Source of the DNA: Proteromonas lacertae
Lineage: Eukaryota
Length of the DNA stretch: 64,000 nt
Direction: 5' to 3'
NCBI GenBank assembly: GCA_002245135.1
Contig: NGBS01000026.1
Coordinates: forward strand, 1 to 64,000
Shown: positions 20,385-31,962 of the stretch, piece after piece
How the letters are laid out: the number at the start of each line of letters is the position of its first letter
How positions within the stretch are numbered: the stretch's first letter is position 1
Program-made: the position numbers and the translations under genes
Notes under the pieces: generated by a model
What the model was told of the DNA's origin: nothing
The model's database searches: none
The model's input: only the letters and a program-made list of their open reading frames with translations

Positions 20385-23379
20385 TAAATAACATCAAACA
20401 CGCCTATAATATACAAAATTGGTTATCTGTTATTTTTTCTTTATTATTTCACTATATTCTTAGTAGCACTCCTTATTATAACTATCATAAGGTCAAATAT
20501 ATACAAAATAAATAATCACATCACTTTTAATTTTGATTTTTATTAAAATGAGGATCATGCTTTGAAAAGAGTAATTCAAACTATTTTTATTTTTTATTCT
20601 TTTTTAAGTAAACAGCAACACATTATAAAGAATGTAAATGTAATAAAAATTCTTATTATCTAACTTGTTTGATGAGAAACTGATAATAATTCAAGTGATG
20701 TGAATTCCAAGGATAAATCAGCATATGCATATAATGGAGAAGGTAAATCTTTAACAAGTAAAACTGGAGATGAATTATTATGACTTATCCAAAATTCTCT
20801 TTTATTCATATCAACAATCACTTCATAAATTGAACCATCTCCATGATTATTGAAATTTGGATTAGAAGTAACAACTCTTCCAATATGACAAAGTGAAGTA
20901 ATATCTTCACTTTTACTATTTATTGCTAAAAAACTACATGTTGTTGATTTATCACAAATACGATAACCAGAATATGTATTATTAGTTGATAATCCTAACA
21001 TCATATGATCATAATAACTTCGATTTTGATGAAATTGGTATTTGATATGATAAACTCCATTTTCCATTTTCAAATTCAAATAACAATGATGAGAACCATA
21101 ATATGTATTTGTTATAAACCTTCCATTATCTGATACTTCTATTCCATCACTTTTGTTTAATTCTGTGAATTTAAAATCATTAAATTCTAATTTTATTTTG
21201 AATTTCTTTTCATTTACAATATTCTTACAACTTATTTCATATTCTCTATTTTCGATTTCTTTATTCACTTTTCCATTAATTATTCCATTTTCTTTATTTA
21301 TCATTAAACCATCTGGCAATGAAGGATTGATTGAAAATTCATATCGATTTCCATCAAATGAAGGAATTATTGACATTTCTTCATCTAATATAAATAAATA
21401 TTCTGATTGAGGATATGAAAATGATGTGATTTCTTTTGTTTTTAATTCACTCAATAATTCTTTATCTTTCATTATTTCTATCATTTCTTCTTCTTCTTTT
21501 AAACTCAGTTTCATTTCTTTTATATATTTGATTAATAATTCTTTAGATTTGGAGTTTAAATAATTATCTTCATTCAATATTCTAAAAAGAACTTCTTTTC
21601 CACATATTTCTTCTATTATTGAAATATTCTTTTTATCATCAACAAACAAACATAAACATTTCATTGTTCGATTTCTTTTATTCTCATTGTATTCTATACA
21701 TAATCTTTCCAATAGATTTCTCTTTTCTGTATTTGAGATATATTCTATTTAAATATATTTTTAGTATTTATACTTTCCATTTTCATATTTTTATATTTCA
21801 TTATCATCAATACTATTTCCATCATTTTTATATTATTCATTTCTAATATACACATTATTTCATCATTCAATTCTTCTTCTTTAATCTTATCCAATATTCT
21901 TCTTTCTTCTTCATTAAAATCTTCTTCTTTATAATTGCTAATTATTACATTTTGAATTTTCTCATCTTTTATACAATATAATTCTATATGATTTTTACAT
22001 TCATTTTTATTTAATTTTATATTCATTTCATTCAACATTTCTTTATTCTCTTTTGTTATCTCATTCTCTTTTATCTTTTCACCATCAATATCTTCTTCTA
22101 TCAATTGTTTAAAATCTGCTTTAATCTCTTTATTATCTTTCTCATTCTTTTGGAATTTATACCATTCCAATAAACGATTTAATAACCATAACTCATTCAC
22201 GATTATCACATCTTTCATATTTAATATCTCCATCAAATTATTCATTTCTAATCTCAACAAATATTCATTCTTATGTAAATATTTATATCCTCGCTTTTCT
22301 ATTTCCATATTTTTCAAGTCTTCTATCTCTCTCAAACATCCACCAAATACATTACACATATGAATTAATTTCATTAATACTTCATCATCTATATTATTCT
22401 TCACAAATTCATAACAATCATTTATTATCTCTTTTTCACAATAACATAAACAAAACATCAACACTTCACACACACTCTCTTTACACATTATCAATTCACC
22501 ACCACTGTAGTATTTCTCCATCTCATAATAGCCAATTTCTTCGATTTCTTCATATAACTCTAAAACTCCTACAAACTCACTATCTAACAACAGTTTCTTT
22601 ACAGTTTCATTTCCATTCACTAAAATTGATTTGATTGACATTATTCGATTATCTCCAATCTTCACTTCTATATCACCAAAACCACTTTCAACCAGTTTTC
22701 GACATAATCTATCATAAAAATAAATATAAAAAATACCCTTCTTCTCTTATGCTTTTATTCACTTTTATTATCATCTTTATGTAAATATATAACAAAAATA
22801 ACGAAATTATATTTTTATCAAAATTTTGAATAACCCAAAACTTAAAATGTGATTTAATTCATATGCAGAAGGTATGATAAAGACAATAATACTCTTATGT
22901 GATTTATTTTTGCATATTACATATGTTATGATGATATAAATGATGAATTTCTAGACTTATCAAATTTTCAATTACTTCCATTTGTGGATATAAATTACAA
23001 ACTTACGATAAATGAATATATTAATAATGATTCCAATAAAATTTCGGATGTATAATCATCAAACAACAAGAAAATTTAATACATCATAATACAATTTAAT
23101 ACATATTTATGTGTATTGTTTATTATTTAATATCATAAATATAAAAGGGATAATTTAAACAATAAAGTAGTGGCATGAAGTTTATGTTGTTCAAACTAAC
23201 AATAAAAAGGACAAAATACTTCACTCGTGTAATATTTGTAAAGAAGAATATACAGATGTAATTTATAATACTCAAATAAAAGAAAGAAAGAATATTCAAA
23301 CGATAACTGTGTGTCCCTTGGATTTGAAGGGCAAAATGGAATTGAAATAATAAATATAGCAAGACTGAATGTGATTTTT
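20385..23379 (-). repeat. Right arm of the inverted segmental duplication (partner 9595-~12600)
   Basis: Reverse complement of the left arm; outer portions map with position sum 32974 (e.g. 10309/22665). Confidence 0.95.
20660..22774 (-). CDS. BTB/POZ-BACK-like + putative Ig + SPRY/B30.2 protein, copy 2 (3 exons)
   Basis: ATG at 22774; introns 22736-22709 and 21773-21745 mirror copy 1 and join track ORFs 21745-22665 and 20660-21712. Confidence 0.8.
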
Positions 23380-23513
23380 TAATTATTTATATTTAATATT
23401 TATTTATAAGGTTATATTATTGTTGAATGAAGAGTTTATCTTTTACTATCTGTAAAATATAACAAATAATAATAATAATTACAGAAATAAGTAGTTAAAA
23501 CACAATAATTATT

Positions 23514-24633
23514 CTAATTTCTATTTTTGGGTAATGAATAATCAATTCTGATCGGTCTACCTAACAATTTTTGACCATTCAATTTTGCAGCTTTCTCAGT
23601 TTCTTCACTACTTGGAAATTCTACAAATGCAAAACCTTTAAATTGACCTGTTTCTCGATCTTCACCATATCTTATGGCTTGAACATCAAATTCTTTGAAA
23701 AAATCTTTCATTGCTTCATCTGTAACATCGAAAGATAAATTACCACAAAATAATGTCGAACAAATATCAGGACATTTTCCTAATGGTTTTGACACTTCTG
23801 CATTTCTTGGAGCTTTACCTGCTCTTGACAATTTTCTTTGAACTGAAATTGTTCTTTTTCCCATTGGAGTACCATTCAATTCTAATGCTTTTGTTGCTTC
23901 TTCAGCTGTTGCAAATTCTACAAAACCAAATCCTCGACATCTATCTGGATTATCATCAAATCTTGGTAATGTGATATTTTTTATTTCACCACAACTTTTG
24001 AATAAGTCTTTTACCTGATCTTCTGTTGTTTCATATGGATATCCATTTACATATACCTCTGTGCATGTTTCATCAACTGGACCTTCTGGTTGTTGTTGAT
24101 TGAAACTGTTATTTCCTCCTCTTGTGTTACTTGGACGTTGTGGCTTCATACCTGGTCTGGCTATATTGAAGTTTCCTTGAATCTGTGGCTTTTTAATTAC
24201 GAAATCAGAATCTTCTTCTTCATTTTTTTCTTCCTTCTCTTCTACTGGTGCTTTTTCTTCTTCTTCAGCTGTTTTTTCTTCAGTTTTATCTATAATAAAT
24301 CATAATCAATAGAAAATACCTTTCTTGTGTTTTTTATCTTTCTTTTCCTTTTTGTCTTTCTTCTCCTTCTTCTTCTCCTTCTTTTCTACTGACTTTTCTT
24401 CAGTATTCTCTTCTAGTTTTTCTTCAGTTTTCTTATCTAAATAAATATAGACCAATAAGGAATACTTTTCTTATCTTTCTTTTCTTTTTTGGATTTCTTT
24501 TCCTTCTTTTCTAATTTTGCTTCTTCTTCTGTAGTATTCTCTTCTGTTTTTAATTTCTTTGCTTCTATATAATGAACAAATCAGATATACCCTTTTCTAC
24601 TTCATCGGTTGTTGATCTCTTATGTTTACCCAT
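23514..24633 (-). CDS. Nucleolin/Nsr1-like two-RRM protein with Lys/Glu-rich N-terminus
   Basis: ATG 24633 (MGKHKRSTT) and KKEKK-rich exons separated by short introns. RRMs VYVNGYPYETTEDQVKDLF..RGFGFVEF and LFCGNLSF..KGFAFVEF. Confidence 0.8.
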
Positions 24634-24734
24634 TTGATATATTGCTTAGTTTCACTAAATACAAAGAAAAATGTGAAATGCAATAAAAGTTCAAACTTAT
24701 TTGTGCAAATTACTTTTCATTTTTTTGAAGTTTT

Positions 24735-27700
24735 ATGAAGAGTTTTTTCTTGTTTTTTTTTGTTTTAGTATATGGGACAGATGTTAGCGATTCAACTAAA
24801 CTTGCTGCATGTTTAACAGGTGAGAATGAGTGTTCCCTTACAGCAGATATTGATTTAACAAATTGGACACCAACAGAGCAATTCAGCGGTACATTAAATG
24901 GAATTGCCCATACTATAAAGTTGAATGGTAACACATTAGTTAAAGAGCTAACAAACGCAAATATACTTAATCTCAAATTAGAATTATCTGTAAATCAATT
25001 TTCAACTTCATTTGCTGATAAAGGTACAAACTCAAACTTTACTGATATTACAATAAGTGGATCAACAGTAATAGTAGAAAGTACTACGAAATATTACGGA
25101 TTGTTAGTTTCAGAAACCACAAAATGTAACTTCAATTCTATCAGAATTGATTTAACATCATTTACTTACACTAATACTCTTAGTGATGAAACAGATGTTG
25201 GTATAATTAGTGGTAGAGGAGGAGGTTTGTTCTCTGATGTTAATATAACTATAACTGATACAGAATCATTCAATTCTGATGTGTTATTCTATGGCCATTT
25301 GATAGGAAACTGTCAAAATTCCAATATTTTTAGATCAATTAATATTAAATCATCTATACTTGATTTAACCAGCAAATCTGCATCTAAAAAACCACAATAT
25401 GGTGGATTATGTGGTTGGGCACTTTCCTATGATGCTAATAATATAATAATCTCAATAACAAAAGTAAATATGAATGAACAAACACCATACATTTATGGTA
25501 CAATATCTGGTCAAGTTATTACAGATTCATCTATAAATAAAGCTTCAATTACAATCGATCAAATTAATATGAACTTCATTGAATCAACTAGTACAGCTAA
25601 TAGTTATATTGGTATTCTAATTGGAACTGTACAATGTAATATTCTAATATTAAACGATATTGATATAAAAGTAGGAAAAATAACTATTACATCAATTGAT
25701 ACTAACACAGTGATAGAATATGGAGCAATAGTTGGCTCATCAATTACCTCTTTTGATATTAGTAATATAAAAACATCTATTGATAATGTTGAAATAAATG
25801 TAAAAAATGATATATATATTGGTGGATTTAGTAGTAGTTCAACATCCAATTCCAATGATAATATAAATATGGATGTGAAGAAGGGAATGCTAATTGAATA
25901 CAATACACTGATTAATATAGAATCAACAGGTAGTGTCTATTTTGGAGGTATTTCTACATTATTTAAAGGATCAAATTCATATCCATTCTATATGATTGTG
26001 AATTATAATGATGTAAAGATAACATCCAATAAAATTACATTTGGTGGCTTGTTTGCTCAAACTGTTACAAACGTTATTCAAGCTTTCACTACATTTAATT
26101 CAGTAATATTAAATGGTAATGATATAACAACAGGTGGTTTAATTGGTAGTGATAAAGATTTAAAACCAGTAAGTGTAACTACATCAACCGTTAAACAATC
26201 ATTTACCATTATTAATTCACTTAAAACAGAAGGAAATACTATGAAAACTCAGCATATAGGTGGATTTGTAGGTTATAACAAGAATTCATTCAATATACTA
26301 TCAAGTTATGTAATTATAAAGAAATTAGAAATAGGAGGAAATAATGATGTTGAAACAGAAACTGTATATGGTACAATAGTTGGAGTTAATGTTAATACTA
26401 ATACAATAACTGCATCTAAAATACAAATAGATAAATTAATAGCAACAAAGAATGCTAAATCAATTTATAAACTAATAAATGGTAAAGAAACTAAAGTAAC
26501 AACTATCAATGAAATATATATATCACTTCCATTGAATAATAAAATAGTTACCGTTTCAGATGATTATAATGAAACATCCTATATGATAAAATGTGATGAA
26601 AATAATGATAATAATCATTGTGAAGGAAAAATAACATTTGAAACTGGTGAAGATAAGAATTGGAATGTACAAAATGATGATATGTTAGTGATTAGTACTA
26701 TACCAAATTATATTGATAATAATCAATTCACTCCCACATCATCTATATCTACTACAGATAAATGGGATTTAACTAAATGGAATATTCCAGTATCTGGTTT
26801 ACCATCTCTATTATATTATACATCTAAAAGTGAAGATGATGATGATAATATTGTCACATGTTCCAATGATGGAGGTTGTAATAAAGGTCAAATGTGTTCA
26901 AATAATAAATGTATTAGTTTGAATTATTGTAATAATGTTGCATCTACTACAGAACCATCCACTTGTTTATTTAATGTTGATACTGAAGGAATGTGTTTGA
27001 ATTCAATATGTTATCCAAAGTGTAATGATAATAGTGGATGTAGTAGATATAATAGTCATTCTACTTGTATTAATAGTGCATGTTATACTTCCTGTAATGA
27101 TAAAAATCAATGTTATCATGAAGAAACATGTGTTAATACTACAAAGGCTTGTAATTTAGTATGTAAAACAAAAGAACAATGTAAAATAAATGAATGGTGT
27201 GATAGAAATACATGTAATAAATGTCCAACAGAATGTTCAGAATGTACTACAAATCTGATATGTACAAAATGTGAAAGTGGTTATTCATTAATAAATAATA
27301 AGTGTTTAAATACTTGTAGTGATGGTTATTATAGTAAAGATAATGTATGTGAGAAATGTGATAGTAAATGTAATACTTGTAGTGGAGTAGCAACTAATTG
27401 TACATCCTGTAGTAATGGTTTTATATTGTACAATTCTGAATGTCTTTCTACTTGTCCAGATGGTACAATTAGGATAGGTAATAAATGTGAAAATTGTGAT
27501 GCTTCTTGTAGAACTTGTAGTGGTTCTACAAAGAGATGTACGAGTTGTAAAACTGGAAAATATCTCTTTGAAGATAGTTGTTTAAATTCTTGTGAAGATG
27601 GATATATTTATGATGATAAAAATATATGTAAAAAATGTCCAGAAAATCAATTTAAGATGAACAATAAATGTGTAACTAATTGCACTGAATCTACATTTAG

Positions 27701-28085
27701 TAATAAACTAACTGGTAATTGTGATAAATGTAATGAAACTTGTCTATCTTGTAATACAATTGCTACTAATTGCACAAGTTGTAGATATGATGAAGGATAT
27801 TTTCTTCAATTAACAAAGTATCCTTCACTTGGAAGGTGTGTAACTAAAGAAGAAGGTTGTGATGATGGCTATTATCCTGAGAGTAGTAATAGTACATGTA
27901 ATGATTGTACAAAAGGATGTAAGAAATGTAGAGATGCTAAATATTGTACTAGTTGTGAAGAAATGTATGTATTGAAAGGTGGAGGTAAATGTGTATTCTT
28001 TACAGATGATGAAGTGGATGGAGTAAAAATAGTTCAACCTATTTTCTTATTATTAATTACAACATTATTAATGTTGGTAATATAA
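24735..28085 (+). CDS. Secreted/membrane-anchored surface protein: beta-helix (GLUG-like GG repeats) N-terminus plus CXXC/furin-like cysteine-rich repeats
   Basis: 1116 aa intronless ORF. Hydrophobic N-terminal signal, repeated YGGL/FGGI/IGGF motifs, many C-x2-C units (CDSKCNTCSGVATNCTSC), hydrophobic C-terminus. Confidence 0.85.
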   Translation: MKSFFLFFFVLVYGTDVSDSTKLAACLTGENECSLTADIDLTNWTPTEQFSGTLNGIAHTIKLNGNTLVKELTNANILNLKLELSVNQFSTSFADKGTNSNFTDITISGSTVIVESTTKYYGLLVSETTKCNFNSIRIDLTSFTYTNTLSDETDVGIISGRGGGLFSDVNITITDTESFNSDVLFYGHLIGNCQNSNIFRSINIKSSILDLTSKSASKKPQYGGLCGWALSYDANNIIISITKVNMNEQTPYIYGTISGQVITDSSINKASITIDQINMNFIESTSTANSYIGILIGTVQCNILILNDIDIKVGKITITSIDTNTVIEYGAIVGSSITSFDISNIKTSIDNVEINVKNDIYIGGFSSSSTSNSNDNINMDVKKGMLIEYNTLINIESTGSVYFGGISTLFKGSNSYPFYMIVNYNDVKITSNKITFGGLFAQTVTNVIQAFTTFNSVILNGNDITTGGLIGSDKDLKPVSVTTSTVKQSFTIINSLKTEGNTMKTQHIGGFVGYNKNSFNILSSYVIIKKLEIGGNNDVETETVYGTIVGVNVNTNTITASKIQIDKLIATKNAKSIYKLINGKETKVTTINEIYISLPLNNKIVTVSDDYNETSYMIKCDENNDNNHCEGKITFETGEDKNWNVQNDDMLVISTIPNYIDNNQFTPTSSISTTDKWDLTKWNIPVSGLPSLLYYTSKSEDDDDNIVTCSNDGGCNKGQMCSNNKCISLNYCNNVASTTEPSTCLFNVDTEGMCLNSICYPKCNDNSGCSRYNSHSTCINSACYTSCNDKNQCYHEETCVNTTKACNLVCKTKEQCKINEWCDRNTCNKCPTECSECTTNLICTKCESGYSLINNKCLNTCSDGYYSKDNVCEKCDSKCNTCSGVATNCTSCSNGFILYNSECLSTCPDGTIRIGNKCENCDASCRTCSGSTKRCTSCKTGKYLFEDSCLNSCEDGYIYDDKNICKKCPENQFKMNNKCVTNCTESTFSNKLTGNCDKCNETCLSCNTIATNCTSCRYDEGYFLQLTKYPSLGRCVTKEEGCDDGYYPESSNSTCNDCTKGCKKCRDAKYCTSCEEMYVLKGGGKCVFFTDDEVDGVKIVQPIFLLLITTLLMLVI

Positions 28086-28163
28086 ATATATAAATTATTA
28101 ATATTTCTTTTTTTTTTAAATGATTTTTTCACAATTAATTTTTAACAAAAAACACATTTCCAA

Positions 28164-29915
28164 TTACAACAAATTATACTGCAATTTTAATTCTCTTCTT
28201 TTAATCAATGGAAGTTTTGAAAATGCATCTTTTGACATACAAAACAATGTGATAAACTCATCATCTGACAAATACATCTCTTTTCTAGTTGTATCAAATC
28301 CTATTGGAAATTCTTTTTTTGATTGTAATTCTTCTAATGTATATGTATATCTAATAACAACAATAAATAAATAAGTATAAATACGATCTGCTTAAGCTAT
28401 TCTTCTTATGCAATCCAATACTCTTTCCTTTTGTCTTATACACTGCACTTTCTCCTTTATTTTTATTATTTTCATTCTCATTTACTTCATCATCACCTAC
28501 ACTTGGTGGTGTTTTCAATTCATTTAGAAAAGATGGGAGAAAATAACTTTTATGATATTGAGGATGACTTGGAGTGATTGGAGTTACTGGAGATGAATCT
28601 CTATAAATATATTAGTATTATATAATATAGATATATACCCAGATTGAGGAAAACAGTTTAATATTGAGAATGCTATTGAAAATACTATAATTAATATACA
28701 ATCAAACACTCTTATTAACTCTATATAATACAATGTATATTCAGTTATATCTATTTCAGTTCTATTGTGAAGTGGAGGAGTAAAAACAACATAATATTTA
28801 TCACCTTCAGACATTTCCAATATGATTTTCTCTAATTCTAATGGCAATTGTAATTGTTCATCTAGTTCTATATTAATAGGATTTTCTCCACTACTTTCTT
28901 TTTCAACCATTATAGATAAGGAAGGTAAGAAATTATATCTTTTATATCTAATACTACAAGTACTTGTTGGCTATTCATTATATAATATTAATATATAATA
29001 ATATACAAGTGGATGCGCATCACTAAATGTCTGATATATAAACTTAATAGCATAACCATTTTGAACTAAACTCTTAAACTCAATCATTGATAAGTAAAAC
29101 TTCCTACATCTATTCAAACCAACGCAAATTTCCATTGGTTTATTTAAATCTGGTTCTTTCAGTTCTGAAGATGGTAAACATATTGGATGTGGTAATGTAT
29201 ATACAGATGGAATAAATGTATTACCTACTAAACCTCTTCTTCCTGTTCTCATATCTAATACTTCTGATACATCTTGAGGTAATCTATTCATAAAAATAAA
29301 AACAATTAAATATACATTTGTAAATGATATAGATATGTTTTTGATCCATTCTTATTCTTGGACTACTTTCAAGTGGTTGATTGAGTTTGGCAGTGGAGTA
29401 TAATCATATGATAATTCTACTTTTTGAATATGATATTTTAACCAGATTGGAACAAATGATTCTAATATTTGTGTATGTAATAAAATTCTGAGATATTCTG
29501 AATATATATGTAAATCATTACCTTCTGGAGGAAGTTTTGGAAAGTAATGACTGATAAATTGATAATGTTGTTTTATTATTTCATCTAATATAACAAAATC
29601 ATCGTGAGTTTTTTCAACAATGAGAGTACCATCTGAGGTAATCACTCTAAACACGTAGACTATAACAGTTCTTGTAGGAATTTTTCTTAATTCGGAAAAT
29701 ATACAAGTCATTGATAAAATTTTGTGTAATGTAGTCTGTAGTTCAACATAATTTACTGGAAATTTTCCACATTCATCTGTATATATGTTTTTACCTGTGA
29801 ACCATCCATCAGGCGATATAGAAATGATTTCGAGAAGATCGCCAGGGTTTACCTTCATTGAACCAGCTTTTTTACCATTGTATGGGTAGAGCACTTTAAC
29901 AGTATCTGAATTCAT
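28164..29915 (-). CDS. SH3-PX-(SH3-like)-FKBP-like-villin headpiece multidomain protein; multi-exon
   Basis: SH3 VKVLYPYNG..GDLLEII..GWFTG..GKFPVNYVE; PX-like KTHDDFVILD..FPKLPP; FKBP-like LEKIILEMSEGDKYYVVFTPP..TLYYIELIRV. Last exon (not in track) YTLEELQSKKEFPIGFDTTRKEMYLSDDEFITLFCMSKDAFSKLPLIKRRELKLQYNLL* is a villin headpiece. Confidence 0.72.
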
Positions 29916-30047
29916 CCTTATTTATTTATAACTAAGTGAATTAAGAAAAAAAAGAAAAAAACTAACAAACAGTCATCAAACTTATATATTTTCTTTAAAT
30001 CATTAAATTTCACAATAAAAATAATATTAATAATATATTAAATCGTT

Positions 30048-31900
30048 TTATACTTTTTTATTAAAATTATTTAAAGATTTTGTATTTTGCATAATATAAA
30101 TCAAATCACTTTTTCTTGGTTTTAGGTGTTTATAATCAAAACCTGTATATCCTTGAATAGTTTCTATTATTTTGAAACTATCTTGGTGTTTTTCTGGTTC
30201 ATGAGTCAACAAATAACCATATTTGTCATAATCAGTTTCATTTTCTTTTTTGGAGTAAGTCCATTCAGGAATTTCACAAAATCTCGTAATACCACTTTCA
30301 GCACTGTATACATCAATATGTACATATTTAGGTATATTGTTAGGCAACTTTAAATTGTAAAAATGGTAAATTAAAGAATTACTATTCTTATATATGTAAA
30401 ATTAAAAAAAAGATATATGAAGAGCAACCATAGCTTTACCACCAGGATAATTATCAATAGAAGCAGACAAGAATATCAAAGTAGTACAAAAACTCAAACA
30501 TAAAGCAACAAATGTTGATAAGAATGGTATAATATTCTTTGATTTATTTCTAAATAACTTTGTCATTCCTAATGCACAACATAAGTTAATAACTGGAAGT
30601 GCTGGAAATATGAATCTCAATTCCTTATGAGGTAAAAATGAATATAAGAATATAAACACTAAACATGGAACTACAATCATTGATAATGATCCATCTAACA
30701 TAGTTAATGATTGGATAAATCTGAATAGATGAATAACACTATTTAGAAATGATGATTTATTCTTCTTAGTATCTATAGATGAAGCAGACCAAAGTGTAGC
30801 TAATAAATATAATTATATATATATATATATATACAGATAGTAGCAAATGGAGCAACACAAATATTATACAAAGAAGCCATTAATCCAATAAATAAATAAC
30901 ATAATGAAAAGGAACATGCTCTTGGTAATGCTGAATAAAAATACCATAAGAATGGTGAAGTACCCCAATTAGAACTCTTATTTAATACCGTATTGTAATA
31001 CAATACTTCTAATTCTGGATAAATGATATGTTTCCAAAAGAATGAATCAATACCAACCTATTTAATGATAATTATTGTAATAATAAATACTGTTAATAAA
31101 ATCAAGAAGAATGTGTATTTGATTGTACAAATTGTTCCTTCTAAAAGTGTCATTTTACCATATATAAGTAATGACAGTGCTAATGGACCAAGTAATATTA
31201 CTAAATCACATCTAAATATCAAATTACCACATAGAAAACAGAATATTCCTGCTCTATATTTCTATTTACAAAATAATAATATTAATATTAAAATATATAC
31301 TTCTTCAATCCAATAGGAGAATCCAAAAGTGGTACAAATTGTAGCAAATACATTTGGTAGCGGTCTACTTGAGTAAAACAACAAATGAAATTGACATAGT
31401 GTTATTACAATGAAATAAACACCAATTGATCTACCATACCTTTTTGTGGAGACTTTTCTTAATCTAACTAATGAAGAACAGAATAATGTTGAAATTATTA
31501 TTCTTACAACTATTTAATAATATCATTAATCACCATATTTAAATACCATATTGAGAAATGAATTTAGAATAACCAATGTGTCTTAGTATGAATGAAAATG
31601 GAAATGCCATTATACTATAAATATATATTTATAATGTTTAATATACCTAACAATTAATGAACCTACAAAAGATCGTGGAACAACTCCAGGAAATTCTTGA
31701 TGATCATAGTTATTAATGTCCATTGGTATGTATAGATGATCATGCATTGCTTGCATATTAAAACTTTCTTCAACCTTTGTGTAAGGACATAAATAAATCT
31801 AAATATTATACAATGATAATAGTATGCACACATATCCATATGCAAAAACATAAAGAAGCATATCCAAATATCTAAAGAAAGATGGATCCTTTTGAAGCAT
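30048..31900 (-). CDS. ALG12: Dol-P-Man alpha-1,6-mannosyltransferase ALG12; multi-exon
   Basis: Spliced translation contains [65 protein letters not shown] and [13 protein letters not shown]. Confidence 0.92.
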
Positions 31901-31962
31901 TTTCGATTTTTAAAAATGACAAGAAGAATGTCACTGTTTGTCACAATTACATAGAATTACAA

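Noticed and set aside
9595..23379. Composite transposon or second Polinton with 3 kb TIRs
   Set aside because: No target-site duplication at the outer ends, no transposase or integrase, and the interior holds ordinary intron-rich host genes.
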